Source of the DNA: Actinomycetota bacterium
GTDB taxonomy: Bacteria; Actinomycetota; Coriobacteriia; Anaerosomatales; JAENZW01
Direction: 5' to 3'
Length of the DNA stretch: 55,314 bases
Assembly: GCA_016841065.1 (NCBI GenBank)
Contig: JAENZW010000003.1
Location: forward strand, 1-55,314
In this document: positions 10,761-20,664 of the stretch, one piece after another
Layout of the letters: each line of letters begins with the position of its first letter
Numbering within the stretch: position 1 is the stretch's first letter
Made by a program: the position numbers and the translations under genes
Notes under the pieces: model-generated
Databases searched by the model: none
Told to the model about the DNA's origin: nothing
What the model saw: only the letters and a program-made list of their open reading frames with translations

Positions 10761-12059
10761 ATGTCAACATCACCGCTCGTTCACTTCGTGACCCTCGGCT
10801 GCCCCAAGAACGAGGTCGATTCCGCGCGCATGCAGGCACGCGTGGAGTCTTCGGCATATGGCGTTACGGACGACATCGCCCAGGCCACCGTGGTCGTGCT
10901 CAATACCTGCTCATTCATACAACCCGCCGTCGAGGAGGCCATCGAGACCACCCTTCAGTTGGTTCAGTGGCGCGACGAAGCGGCCTCCAGGCGACTAGTC
11001 GTAGCCGGTTGCCTCCCTTCGCGATATGGCGCTGACCTCGAAGCCGAGCTGCCGGAACCGGACGCCTTCCTTCCAGTTTCCGATGAGGACACCCTCCTCG
11101 ATGTCCTCGAGCGGCTTACCGACACCACCGCGCGTGCGGAAACGACGGGCCCCATGCGCGCCGCAAGCGGCCACACTGCCTACCTCCAGATATCCGACGG
11201 CTGCTTCCGTCACTGCACGTACTGCACCATTCCGTCGATTCGTGGCCCGTACCGCTCACGCCCGCTTGCCGATATCCGCAGGGAAGCGGTAGAACTCATC
11301 GCCGCAGGAGCGCGAGAGATCATCCTCATTGGCCAAGACACCGGAGCGTATGGGCGTGATCTGGAGACCGACAAGACACTCGTCGACGTTCTTCGCGCTC
11401 TCGCGGCCCTAGAGGGTCTTGCCTGGTTGAGGGTGATGTACCTGCAGCCCGATGGCATCACCGACGAGCTGCTTGAGACCATGGCGCGCACGCCGGAGGT
11501 CTGCCGCTACATCGACATGCCTCTTCAGCACATCGCGCCCAGAATCCTCAAGGCAATGCATCGCTCGGGATCTGCCGAAGAGTATCTGGCGCTCATCCGG
11601 CGAATCCGCGAAGCAATGCCCGACGTGATTCTGCGGACATCTCTCATTGCAGGTTTCCCAGGCGAGACAGATGCGAACGTGGCTGACCTGGTCGCGTTCT
11701 TGCGTGAAGCTCAGATCGACTACGTCGGCGTCTTCCCCTTCTCACCGGAAGAGGGGACCCTTGCGGCGGAGCTGGACGATCAGCTCAGCGAGAGAACCCG
11801 TATGCGTCGCGCCCAGACACTGCGAGATGCCGCCGACGAGATCGGCTTAGAAGCTGCCGCTCAGCTCATCGGGAGACAGGTCGACGTGCTTTCCGACGGA
11901 CTGGACGATGACGGCGTTCCTGTGGGACGCTGGCGTGGGCAGGCGCCCGACGTGGACGGCATCGTCGTCCTGGATGCGCCCGTTCCCGCCGGTCGCATCG
12001 TGCGCGCACTCGTGACCGACACCGTCGGCTACGACCTGGAGGCAGAGACCCAGCAGTGA
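10761..12059 (+). CDS. rimO: Ribosomal protein S12 methylthiotransferase
   Basis: TLGCPKNEVDS, NTCSFI, radical SAM CFRHCTYC, IPSIRG, QAPDVDG TRAM region. Start trimmed to ATG 10761. Confidence 0.93.
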   Translation: MSTSPLVHFVTLGCPKNEVDSARMQARVESSAYGVTDDIAQATVVVLNTCSFIQPAVEEAIETTLQLVQWRDEAASRRLVVAGCLPSRYGADLEAELPEPDAFLPVSDEDTLLDVLERLTDTTARAETTGPMRAASGHTAYLQISDGCFRHCTYCTIPSIRGPYRSRPLADIRREAVELIAAGAREIILIGQDTGAYGRDLETDKTLVDVLRALAALEGLAWLRVMYLQPDGITDELLETMARTPEVCRYIDMPLQHIAPRILKAMHRSGSAEEYLALIRRIREAMPDVILRTSLIAGFPGETDANVADLVAFLREAQIDYVGVFPFSPEEGTLAAELDDQLSERTRMRRAQTLRDAADEIGLEAAAQLIGRQVDVLSDGLDDDGVPVGRWRGQAPDVDGIVVLDAPVPAGRIVRALVTDTVGYDLEAETQQ

Positions 12060-12658
12060 TCCGCTCAATGAACTGGGCTAACCGCGTCACGATACTGCGG
12101 GTACTGCTGATTCCCGTTGTGGTTGTGGCACTTCTTGCGCGCTGGCCCAACTGGGGCCCATGGTGGGCCGCCGGGTTCTTCGCGCTCCTCGCATCCACGG
12201 ATGCAGTGGACGGATACCTCGCAAGATCGCGCAACGAGGTCACCAACTTCGGCAAACTCATCGACCCGCTCGCCGACAAGCTTCTCGTTACGGCCGCCCT
12301 TGTGGTTCTCGTCGAACTGGGCACGTTGCCTGCGTCGATCGCGCTGATAATCATCAGCAGAGAGTTCGTCGTCACGGGTCTTCGAATGGTCGCAGTCGCT
12401 GAAGGCAAGGTCATAGCAGCGGGGAGCTTCGGAAAAGCGAAGACCGTATTCCAGGTGATTGCGATCGTGGCCTTCATCATCAAGGACAGCGAGCCTGTCG
12501 AATCCCTGGGAGCACCGTGGGCAAGCGCCGCGGAATGGGTATCGTGGGGGGTGATGGCGGTTGCGTTGGTGCTCACTGTCTACTCCATGGTCGACTACTT
12601 CTATCACGCAAGAGACGTCATCACTACCGTGCCCCTTCGCCCGGACAGCAACTCCTAG
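12056..12658 (+). CDS. pgsA: CDP-diacylglycerol--glycerol-3-phosphate 3-phosphatidyltransferase
   Basis: DAVDGYLAR...FGKLIDPLADK CDP-alcohol phosphotransferase motif; alternative start at 12068. Confidence 0.95.
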   Translation: MIRSMNWANRVTILRVLLIPVVVVALLARWPNWGPWWAAGFFALLASTDAVDGYLARSRNEVTNFGKLIDPLADKLLVTAALVVLVELGTLPASIALIIISREFVVTGLRMVAVAEGKVIAAGSFGKAKTVFQVIAIVAFIIKDSEPVESLGAPWASAAEWVSWGVMAVALVLTVYSMVDYFYHARDVITTVPLRPDSNS

Positions 12659-12672
12659 AGGAGGGCCGGACC

Positions 12673-13893
12673 GTGCCTGAACGCAAGCCCGCTGCGATCG
12701 TGACGGTGGGCTCCGAACTCGTCGAGGGCCTCCGCCTGGACACGAACACCCGGGAGATCGCCCTTGCTCTGTCTTCGGCAGGGTTCTGGGTGAAGGAGGC
12801 CGTGTCCGTTGGTGACGACATCGAGCTTCTTGCAGGCACTTTGTCACGACTCATCGGCCGCTACGAGCTTGTTGTGGGGACCGGAGGTCTCGGCCCGACG
12901 CACGACGATATCACCCGGGAAGCCGCCGCAATGGCGTTGGATCTTGAGCTTCTGCCGGATGAGGCAATCGCCGAAAGACTAGCGACCATCGCGTCGCGCC
13001 ACGTCCGCACTCGTGCCGCCGATCAAATCGGACTCCAAGCCCTCATCCTGGCGGGTGCGACCGTTCTTCACCCTGACTCTGGAACCGCACCCGGTCAGAT
13101 AGTGCAAACTCCGAGGGGTCGCCTGGTGCTGCTTCCCGGTCCTCCGCACGAGATGCGGCCGATGCTCGAAGAGTTCTTGGACTCGGGTAGCGACGGCGTC
13201 GCACCTCGTATACTCAGCTGCGTCGGTATGTCCGAATCCGACGCCCAGCTAGCCGCGCAAGAAGGCATCGGGGACGCCGCCGTATCACTCACAGTGCTCG
13301 CCACCCCCGCGCTCGTCGACGTCGTTCTGATCGACGACGGGGCAGGGGAGAGGATCCTCGCCGAAGTCGCCAGTCGTGTTCGTGCGGCGCTGGGCGACCG
13401 CTGCTTCGCTGAAGATGGTCGCAGCCTTCCGCAGGTCGTCCTGTCTCTCGCGCGCGATCGCGGCATCACGCTCGCTACCGCAGAGTCGTGTACCGGCGGG
13501 CTTGTCGCTGCCGCACTCACGGACATCTCGGGGGCTTCCGACACCTTCCTGGGCGGAGTGGTTGCGTACGCGAACACAATCAAGACGAGCCTCCTTGCCG
13601 TTCCTGACGCGCTGCTTAGGGAGTACGGCGCGGTGAGCGAGCCGATAGCCGCCGCGATGGCAACGGGAGTGCGGGACGTAACGGGAGCCGAGCTCGGCGT
13701 CTCCGTCACGGGCGTCGCGGGCCCCGCGGGAGGAACCGCGGACAGGCCTGTTGGGATGGTGTACTTCGGCGTCGCCGATAGCAGGGGCGTTCTATCCGAG
13801 CGCCGCGATCTTTTCGGAGACCGACCCGGCATCCGAACGAGGGCGTGCGTGACCGCGCTCGACATGGCACGTCGCCGGCTGTTGGAGCGATGA
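12673..13893 (+). CDS. cinA: CinA (molybdopterin-binding-like domain + NMN deamidase PncC)
   Basis: VGSEL, GGLGPTHDDIT, GTAPG, LPGPPHEM, AESCTGGL, GVAGP. GTG start 12673 after GGAGG. Confidence 0.93.
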   Translation: MPERKPAAIVTVGSELVEGLRLDTNTREIALALSSAGFWVKEAVSVGDDIELLAGTLSRLIGRYELVVGTGGLGPTHDDITREAAAMALDLELLPDEAIAERLATIASRHVRTRAADQIGLQALILAGATVLHPDSGTAPGQIVQTPRGRLVLLPGPPHEMRPMLEEFLDSGSDGVAPRILSCVGMSESDAQLAAQEGIGDAAVSLTVLATPALVDVVLIDDGAGERILAEVASRVRAALGDRCFAEDGRSLPQVVLSLARDRGITLATAESCTGGLVAAALTDISGASDTFLGGVVAYANTIKTSLLAVPDALLREYGAVSEPIAAAMATGVRDVTGAELGVSVTGVAGPAGGTADRPVGMVYFGVADSRGVLSERRDLFGDRPGIRTRACVTALDMARRRLLER

Positions 13894-13896
13894 CCC

Positions 13897-14502
13897 GTGC
13901 GAGCCTTCCTCGGCATCGCACTGCCCGAACGCGCTCTTGATGCCCTGGATGAAGCCGGCGTGTTCTTGCGCGACAACGACCCTCGATGGACCGACGCGAA
14001 GTGGGTGCCTAGACAGAACCTCCACGTCACGGTCGCCTTCCTCGGCAACGTAGAGCCCACGGACGCAGACATTCTTGTCGGGCGACTCGCAGCAAGATTC
14101 GCCTCTATCGGGTCTCCGCGGCTTGCCTTCGAGGAGATTCAGGCGATTCCGTCACTCCGATCCGCTCGGATGGTGTGGGCGATCTTCAAGGACATCGACG
14201 GGGTGTGTGCTCGCCTAGCCGCAGAGTCGTTCGACGAAGCAGCGACGATCGGGGTTGCGCCTTCCGACAGGGAGTTCTCCGCACATGCGACGCTGGTACG
14301 CTCGCGCGGAAGGATGCCGCTCGATACGGACATCTGTCGTGAGGCGACTCGACGGGCCAAGGCCGCCTTCCTGTCTCCTGATCGTCCGATGTCAGACCCG
14401 TCAGGTATCTTCGATGTGAGGTCTGTGACCTTGTTCGCGAGCACCCTTGCCCGCACCGGACCTGTCTACTCGAAGGTCCACGAGCTAGCCGTCGGAAGTT
14501 GA
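13897..14502 (+). CDS. thpR: RNA 2',3'-cyclic phosphodiesterase (2H phosphoesterase)
   Basis: MRAFLGI start, two HxT motifs (LHVT, AHAT), GPVY near the C-terminus; cinA-thpR-recA synteny. Confidence 0.88.
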   Translation: MRAFLGIALPERALDALDEAGVFLRDNDPRWTDAKWVPRQNLHVTVAFLGNVEPTDADILVGRLAARFASIGSPRLAFEEIQAIPSLRSARMVWAIFKDIDGVCARLAAESFDEAATIGVAPSDREFSAHATLVRSRGRMPLDTDICREATRRAKAAFLSPDRPMSDPSGIFDVRSVTLFASTLARTGPVYSKVHELAVGS

Positions 14503-14531
14503 TTGACACCGAACACACGTTCGTGTATGGT
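14503..14531 (+). promoter_or_regulatory. recA sigma-A-type promoter containing a LexA (SOS) box
   Basis: TTGACA (14503-08), 17-bp spacer, TATGGT (14526-31). The spacer holds CGAACACACGTTCG (14510-23), matching the Gram-positive CGAAC-N4-GTTCG consensus. Confidence 0.88.
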
Positions 14532-14580
14532 CTGCCCAGCCCCCAGGGTCGACCTGCCTAGTGCGAAGGAGCGCTAAAGA

Positions 14581-15615
14581 ATGGAACCTGAGAAGGCAAA
14601 GGTCCTTGAAGTTACCCGAGAGCAGATTGAGCGCAAGTTCGGAAAGGGCTCGCTCATGCGACTCGGAGAGAGTGATGCAGTTGCTGTGGTGGCCTCCATT
14701 CCGACCGGATCCCTGGCCCTTGATGCTGCACTGGGCATTGGCGGCGTACCGCGCGGACGCATCGTCGAGATATACGGTCCCGAGTCGTCTGGCAAGACCA
14801 CGCTTGCCCTTCAAATCGTAGCGGAGGCTCAGGCGCTCGGAGGAATCGCCGCTTTCATCGACGCCGAACATGCGCTTGATCCCAGCTATGCCGCGCGCCT
14901 CGGAGTGGATATCGAGGAGATTCTCATCAGCCAGCCTGACACCGGCGAACAGGCGCTCGAAATCGCAGACATGCTCGTTCGTAGTGGGGCCATTGACGTC
15001 GTCGTCATTGACTCGGTGGCGGCCCTCGTGCCGCGTGCTGAGCTCGAGGGCGAGATGGGGGACGTCTCTGTGGGTCTTCAGGCACGCCTGATGAGTCAAG
15101 CTCTGCGGAAACTTGCTGGCTCTCTCAGCAAGTCGTGCACGACCTGCATCTTCATCAACCAGCTCCGCGAGAAGATCGGCGTCATGTTCGGAAGCCCGGA
15201 GACTACGAGTGGGGGCCGCGCTCTGAAGTTCTACTCCACCATTCGAATCGACGTTCGCCGCATTGACTCGATCAAGCAGGGAACCGACATCATCGGCAAC
15301 CGCGTTCGTGCCAAGGTGGTCAAGAACAAGGTCGCGGCGCCGTTCAGACAAGCCGAATTCGACCTGATGTACGGGACAGGCATCTCGAAAGAGGGAGGCG
15401 TTCTCGACCTCGGTGTCGAGGAGGGCATCGTCGCCAAGTCGGGCGCCTGGTACACGTACGGCGAAGAACGACTCGGTCAGGGCCGTGAGGCCGCCAAGGA
15501 GTTCCTGCGAGAGCATTCGGATCTCCGGAACGATATCGAGACGCGGGTCCGTGAGGCCCTCGGCCTGGCACCGCCTGCGGCGGCCAAGGGTGCGAAGCAA
15601 ACCGACGACGACTAG
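14581..15615 (+). CDS. recA: Recombinase A
   Basis: [47 protein letters not shown]. Confidence 0.99.
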   Translation: MEPEKAKVLEVTREQIERKFGKGSLMRLGESDAVAVVASIPTGSLALDAALGIGGVPRGRIVEIYGPESSGKTTLALQIVAEAQALGGIAAFIDAEHALDPSYAARLGVDIEEILISQPDTGEQALEIADMLVRSGAIDVVVIDSVAALVPRAELEGEMGDVSVGLQARLMSQALRKLAGSLSKSCTTCIFINQLREKIGVMFGSPETTSGGRALKFYSTIRIDVRRIDSIKQGTDIIGNRVRAKVVKNKVAAPFRQAEFDLMYGTGISKEGGVLDLGVEEGIVAKSGAWYTYGEERLGQGREAAKEFLREHSDLRNDIETRVREALGLAPPAAAKGAKQTDDD

Positions 15616-15625
15616 CTGCCATCCA

Positions 15626-16261
15626 GTGAGCGCCAAGCCCGCCACCCTTACGATCACCAGAGCGTCACCGAGAGGCCGGACGGTAGAACTGTACCTTGAT
15701 GACGAGTTTGCACGCACGACATCCATGGGTGTCGTGCGTGACCTCTCTCTGACTGACGGAGATCAGTTCACGCTCGCCGGCCTCAACGGGGCAATCGACG
15801 AGTCCGAACTTCGGGCGGCGCTTGACCGCGCATTCCGCATTCTCGGATATCACGAGCGCTCAGTGTCCCAAATGCGCAAGGCTCTACGGGATGACGGATA
15901 CGCCCAGGGATCCATCGAGAGAACGATCGCCCGTTTGCTCGAACTCGAATTGCTCGATGACACGCGATTCGCGTCTGCGTATGTCCGGACCAAATCCTGC
16001 GCGGGATGGGGTAGAAGGCGAGTATCCCAAGGACTGTCCCACGCGGGCGTGTCGGACGAAATCGCCGACGCCGCTTTGGATGCAGAATCCCCGGCGGAAG
16101 GCCAGCGCGATCGAGCGCGCCTACTCGTCCGATCATTCGATAGCGCTGATCCCAAAGCCCGCGATCGAGCGATTCGCCGTCTGGTCACTCGTGGGTTCAC
16201 CTGGGATGATGCGAGAGCCGTCGTGCTCGAATCTGGCTCCACCGACGCGGACGATCAGTGA
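15626..16261 (+). CDS. recX: RecA regulator RecX
   Basis: Follows recA; HERS...LLDDTRFA...GWGRRRV...LVTRGF pattern. The GTG 15626 start is an estimate. Confidence 0.85.
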   Translation: MSAKPATLTITRASPRGRTVELYLDDEFARTTSMGVVRDLSLTDGDQFTLAGLNGAIDESELRAALDRAFRILGYHERSVSQMRKALRDDGYAQGSIERTIARLLELELLDDTRFASAYVRTKSCAGWGRRRVSQGLSHAGVSDEIADAALDAESPAEGQRDRARLLVRSFDSADPKARDRAIRRLVTRGFTWDDARAVVLESGSTDADDQ

Positions 16262-16281
16262 GGCTGCGGTCGCCGACCGCC

Positions 16282-16311
16282 TTGACGCTTCTACCTGCGT
16301 AGACGTAACAT
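16282..16311 (+). promoter_or_regulatory. Putative promoter for the rny leader
   Basis: TTGACG (16282-87), 18 bp, TAACAT (16306-11). The predicted start (~16318) coincides with the first base of a long-range stem. Confidence 0.55.
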
Positions 16312-16317
16312 AACCGT

Positions 16318-16612
16318 GGCAAATGTGATTCTCCGCCGCGAGTTCGTCGAAACGCGCGTTGCGGTTCTGTGTATTTCGGACACCTAGACTGTGACCGGGC
16401 TCATAGCCCGAAGTGTGCGTTCCTCGACGCAACACATATACGCACTGGTGATCACATCTGCCGGACGCCACTGTCCGGCCGTCGTCATTTACGGGGATTT
16501 CTGGGTATTCCACTCCCCGTCACGACCGCACCGTGTCGGCTGGAAACTGTCTCCCGCAGAACGCGGGCGTCTGTTGACATGAATCGCCTTCAAACGAAAG
16601 GAGGGGCGCTCG
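16318..16612 (+). ncRNA. Structured 5' leader (or sRNA) upstream of rny
   Basis: Closing stem 16318-16330/16450-16462 plus hairpins 16396-16410, 16460-16479, 16491-16520 and 16553-16567; no credible ORF. Confidence 0.5.
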
Positions 16613-18145
16613 ATGGATCCGACCATCATCGCGTTGCTTGCGGTCGTCATCGGTGTCGCCCTCGGCTTTGCACTCAATCGATTCCTCGTGCGAGACCGCA
16701 CTACGCGTGCGCGCGAGGACGCTCAGCGCATCGAACAGGATGCTGAGAAGCAGGCCGAGACGCTCAAGAAAGAGGCCTTGATCGAGGCCAAGGACCAGAT
16801 CTTCAAGATGAAGCAGGAGGCTGAGACCGAGGCCAAAGAGCGTCGCAAGGAGCTCACGTCCCTCGAGAATCGGCTCATGCAGCGCGAGGAGAATCTCGAC
16901 CGCAGGGTGGAGTCCGTCGACAAGCGCGAGCATCAGATAGCCAGTCAGGTCGGCCAGATTCAGAAACGTGAGCGCGACCTCGAGGAGCTTGTCGAGGAGG
17001 AGCGTCGGCGTCTCGAGTCCACCGCCGGCATGACGTCGGATGAGGCGAAGACCGTTCTCATGTCGCGTATCGAGGACGACGTCAAGAAAGAAGCCGCCGC
17101 GTTCATCCGTGAAACCGAGTCGCGTGCACGCGAGGAGGCCGACAAGAAGGCCCGCAACATAGTCGGCATCGCCATCCAGCGCGTGGCGGCGGACCACACA
17201 GCCGAATCCACCGTCTCCGTCGTGCACATTCCGAGTGACGACATGAAGGGCCGGATCATCGGGCGTGAAGGACGCAACATCCGCGCATTCGAGTCTCTAA
17301 CGGGAATCAACCTCATCATCGATGACACCCCTGAGGCGGTCATCCTCTCCAGCTTCGACCCGGTTCGTCGCGAAATCGGCCGCATCACGCTCGAATCGTT
17401 GATTGCGGACGGCCGCATTCATCCCGCCCGCATTGAGGAGATGTTCAACAAGGCCGAAGCCGCGGTCGCCCAGCAGGTTCAGGAAGCCGGAGAGCAAGCG
17501 GCTTTCGATGGTGACGTCCACGGACTTCACGCCGAACTCGTGCGCACGCTCGGCAGGCTCAAGTATCGAACCAGCTACGGCCAGAACGTCCTCAATCACT
17601 CGCTCGAGGTCGCTCATCTCGCGGGTGTCATGGCCTCGGAGCTCGGCGTCGATGTCAAGCTCTGCCGACGTGCCGGACTTCTGCACGATCTCGGCAAGGC
17701 CATTGACCACGAGGTCGAAGGTCCGCACGCAGTCATCGGTGCCGATCTGGCGCGCAGAATGAACGAGTCACAGCCGATACAACACTGCATCGAGGCTCAC
17801 CATGCCGATGTCGAGCCCGCGACGGTCGAGGCAGTGATCGTGCAGGCTGCCGACGCAATTTCTGCGGCGCGGCCCGGGGCCCGGCGAGAAACACTCGAGA
17901 GCTACATCAAGCGACTTGAGAAGCTCGAGGCTGTTGCTGAATCGCACGCCGGTGTCGAGAAGTGCTATGCCATGCAGGCGGGTCGCGAGATTCGTGTCAT
18001 GGTCAAGCCCGACGACATCGACGATTCCACCGCGGTCATTCTTGCTCGGGACATCGCGAAGCAGATTGAAGAAGAACTCGAGTACCCCGGCCAGATCAAG
18101 GTCATGGTCATCCGGGAAAGTCGCGCGGTCGACTACGCGAAGTAG
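16613..18145 (+). CDS. rny: Ribonuclease Y
   Basis: N-terminal TM, coiled coil, KH domain ([13 protein letters not shown]), HD domain (LLHDLGKA), SAARPGAR; AAGGAGG RBS. Confidence 0.98.
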   Translation: MDPTIIALLAVVIGVALGFALNRFLVRDRTTRAREDAQRIEQDAEKQAETLKKEALIEAKDQIFKMKQEAETEAKERRKELTSLENRLMQREENLDRRVESVDKREHQIASQVGQIQKRERDLEELVEEERRRLESTAGMTSDEAKTVLMSRIEDDVKKEAAAFIRETESRAREEADKKARNIVGIAIQRVAADHTAESTVSVVHIPSDDMKGRIIGREGRNIRAFESLTGINLIIDDTPEAVILSSFDPVRREIGRITLESLIADGRIHPARIEEMFNKAEAAVAQQVQEAGEQAAFDGDVHGLHAELVRTLGRLKYRTSYGQNVLNHSLEVAHLAGVMASELGVDVKLCRRAGLLHDLGKAIDHEVEGPHAVIGADLARRMNESQPIQHCIEAHHADVEPATVEAVIVQAADAISAARPGARRETLESYIKRLEKLEAVAESHAGVEKCYAMQAGREIRVMVKPDDIDDSTAVILARDIAKQIEEELEYPGQIKVMVIRESRAVDYAK

Positions 18146-18197
18146 TCCGTTCGCAAGATGCCGAGGCGTATACTCGTGATGGCTACCAGCCATGAAG

Positions 18198-18224
18198 GAA
18201 GGAGGCCGACTAGCGGCCTCCTTC
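18198..18224 (+). terminator. Terminator-like hairpin after rny
   Basis: GAAGGAGGCCG-actag-CGGCCTCCTTC, a perfect 11-bp stem. Confidence 0.7.
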
Positions 18225-18291
18225 TGTCGATTGAACACGCGTCACGCATCAAGCCCGTAGCCACAGACCCGAGAGCCTCCGAGTTGAGCTG

Positions 18292-19374
18292 ATGACAACA
18301 CAGGATAGCGATTCCATGCTCGATTTTGTCTCCGCGGTTTCAGGTGAGACGTATCTGAAGGTCGAGGAGACTCTCGGTGACGGCTTCGTCCGACTACGTG
18401 TCTCGGAGGCAGAGCGTCGTCAGGCGAAGCACGACATACAGAACTTCGAAGATGTCGTGATTGAGCTTCTCAGAAACTCCCGCGACGCTCACGCCCAACG
18501 AATCTTCGTTGCGACCGGCCGTGAAGCCGACGATCGCATCCTCACGATGATCGATGACGGCGTGGGAATACCGCCCAACCTCCACGAGGCGGTGTTCGAG
18601 CCCCGCGTTACCTCCAAGCTTGAGACCATGGTCATGGACCGCTGGGGGGTCCATGGGCGCGGTATGGCCCTATTCTCGGTCAAGTCCAACGTCGGTGAGT
18701 GCATGGTGGCCGCCTCCGACGTGCATCGCGGAGCATCCGTTCTGGTACGCGTCGACACCTCGCTGCTGTCCGAGCGCGCAGACCAGTCGTCTTGGCCGGT
18801 CGTCGAGCGTGATGACACGGGGACCTTGTGCGTAATGCGTGGCCCGCACAATATCGTCAGGCGCGTCCTCGAGTTCGCTTGCGAACACCCAGAGCTGGAT
18901 ATCTATCTCGGATCGCCCGTTGAGATACTCGCAACCATGCATGCCTTGGCTCGAGACACGCTCGACACATCCGACCTGCTCTTCTGTGACGATTCAGGCC
19001 GCCTGCCTGTGTGGCAACGGCCGGCCGCGACATCAGATGCCTCTGACCTTGTTGCCATAGCCGAGTCCATCGCGCTATCGGTGTCCGAACGTTCTGCCCA
19101 CCGAATCTTCGCTGGCGAATTGGCACCATTGGACACGGTTCTTCACCAGGTTCTTGTCGAAGACGAGCCAATCCAACCCGCGCAGCCCGATATCTACCGC
19201 GATCGGCGGGGATTGAAGATCCACGCCGGAGATCTCACTTCCTTCAAGCGAGACCTCACAACAGCATTCGATCAACTCGCTGAGCGCTACTACCTTCACC
19301 TCAAGGGCGAGCCCAGGATCCATGTGGGACGCGATCAGATACGAGTTCGCTTCGACGTTGACAAGGAGGAGTAG
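18292..19374 (+). CDS. Stand-alone GHKL (HATPase_c) ATPase of unknown function
   Basis: Bergerat-fold motifs ELLRNSRDA (N box), DDGVGI (G1), FEPRVTSK, GVHGRGMAL. No HisKA, TM or receiver region seen. Confidence 0.8.
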   Translation: MTTQDSDSMLDFVSAVSGETYLKVEETLGDGFVRLRVSEAERRQAKHDIQNFEDVVIELLRNSRDAHAQRIFVATGREADDRILTMIDDGVGIPPNLHEAVFEPRVTSKLETMVMDRWGVHGRGMALFSVKSNVGECMVAASDVHRGASVLVRVDTSLLSERADQSSWPVVERDDTGTLCVMRGPHNIVRRVLEFACEHPELDIYLGSPVEILATMHALARDTLDTSDLLFCDDSGRLPVWQRPAATSDASDLVAIAESIALSVSERSAHRIFAGELAPLDTVLHQVLVEDEPIQPAQPDIYRDRRGLKIHAGDLTSFKRDLTTAFDQLAERYYLHLKGEPRIHVGRDQIRVRFDVDKEE

Positions 19375-19499
19375 GCGCGACGACGCGCCTGCCTCTGCGG
19401 TATACTTTCTAATTGACAATCAATCCACACCAGCTATCGCAGCATAGACGTACCCGGTCGCGACGGCGGCCTTGAACCAGAGACCTCGAGGGAGCAGCA

Positions 19500-19772
19500 G
19501 TGGAAGTACTCAAAGTGTCGAGCAAGTCGAACCCCAACTCCGTCGCTGGCGCCCTTGCTGGCATCGTTCGCGAACAGGGTGCTGTAGAGATGCAGACGGT
19601 CGGCGCGGGAGCCCTCAACCAGGCGATCAAAGCGGTCGCGATCGCACGCGGCTTCATCGCCCCCTCAGGTCTCGAGCTCACGTGCGTTCCCGCCTTCGCT
19701 GACATACTCATCAACGGCGAGGAGCGAACAGCAATCCGCCTCCTCATCGAACCTCGCGACATGCATCGGTAG
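19500..19772 (+). CDS. spoVS: SpoVS family (Alba-like) protein
   Basis: MEVLKVSSKSNPNSVAGALA, GAGALNQAIKAVAIARG, PAF...GEERTAI. Confidence 0.96.
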   Translation: MEVLKVSSKSNPNSVAGALAGIVREQGAVEMQTVGAGALNQAIKAVAIARGFIAPSGLELTCVPAFADILINGEERTAIRLLIEPRDMHR

Positions 19773-19789
19773 CCCCACGAGGCGGCAAG

Positions 19790-20605
19790 ATGCATCTCGA
19801 CCTCCACGTGCACAGCACGGCTTCGGACGGCTCGCTGTCTGCCGAAGATATCGTGCACACTGCTGACAGCCTCGGACTTGCCGCCATCTCCATCACCGAT
19901 CACGACTCGGTTGCGAGCATCGAACCTGCGCTCGATGCGGCACGCGAATTGAGTGTTCTCGTTGTTCCCGGCGTTGAGCTATCCGCAGTTCATGACGGAC
20001 GTGATGTCCACATCCTCGGCTATTTCGTCAATCACACAGATCTTCACTTTCTCGATACGCTTTCCCGACTCAGAGACGCGCGTCTCGAGCGCGCGACGAT
20101 CATCGTCAACGGACTCGCGGACGCCGGCTACGACGTGTCTCTGCAAGATGTTCTGCTCTTGGCCGAGGGCGCGAGCGTCGGCCGATCACACGTCGCACGC
20201 GCGCTTGTCGACCGCGGTCACGCCGACTCTGTAGGAGACGCATTCGAGCGCTTCGTCGGACGAGGCAAGCCCTACTACGTCCCGAAGCCCGTTGCCGAGC
20301 CGGCCTCGGTTATCGAGACGATTGTCCGAGCGGGCGGGGTGCCGGTGTTGGCTCATCCTGGAATCACACGGATCGACGCCGCAATTGCCGATCTCGTGGG
20401 TTGGGGACTAGTGGGGCTGGAGGCGTACCACGCGGATCACGATCCCGCCGACCGCCAGCGCTACGCACGTCTCGCGGAAGAGCTCGGACTGATCGTCACA
20501 GGCGGCTCCGACTTCCACGGCCCGTTGGCCCCTGGAGCTGCCATCGGGGCGGTCGAAGTGCCTGACGACGTACTGGAGCGACTGCAGGCGGCGTCTCGGC
20601 GCTAG
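19790..20605 (+). CDS. PHP-domain phosphoesterase (YciV/TrpH/RNase AM-like)
   Basis: DLHVHSTASDG, ITDHD, GVELS, HILGY, LAHP, GGSDFHG. Confidence 0.88.
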   Translation: MHLDLHVHSTASDGSLSAEDIVHTADSLGLAAISITDHDSVASIEPALDAARELSVLVVPGVELSAVHDGRDVHILGYFVNHTDLHFLDTLSRLRDARLERATIIVNGLADAGYDVSLQDVLLLAEGASVGRSHVARALVDRGHADSVGDAFERFVGRGKPYYVPKPVAEPASVIETIVRAGGVPVLAHPGITRIDAAIADLVGWGLVGLEAYHADHDPADRQRYARLAEELGLIVTGGSDFHGPLAPGAAIGAVEVPDDVLERLQAASRR

Positions 20606-20664
20606 TTGGCACCCTGGCACCCGAGGAAGGCACCCTCCGGGCGCCGTGCTACACTCGTTCGGCC

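Noticed and set aside
3663-15726. Long antisense ORFs (e.g. 3663-4790, 14485-15726, and similarly 40092-41771)
   Set aside because: These are shadow frames opposite well-supported genes, as expected from high-GC codon bias.
16369-16746. Short ORFs in the recX-rny gap
   Set aside because: No RBS, atypical composition and overlap with rny; the region is better explained as a structured leader.
19500-19772. spoVS and ftsK/spoIIIE as evidence of sporulation
   Set aside because: Both families are widespread in non-sporulating bacteria, and no sporulation-specific genes are present.
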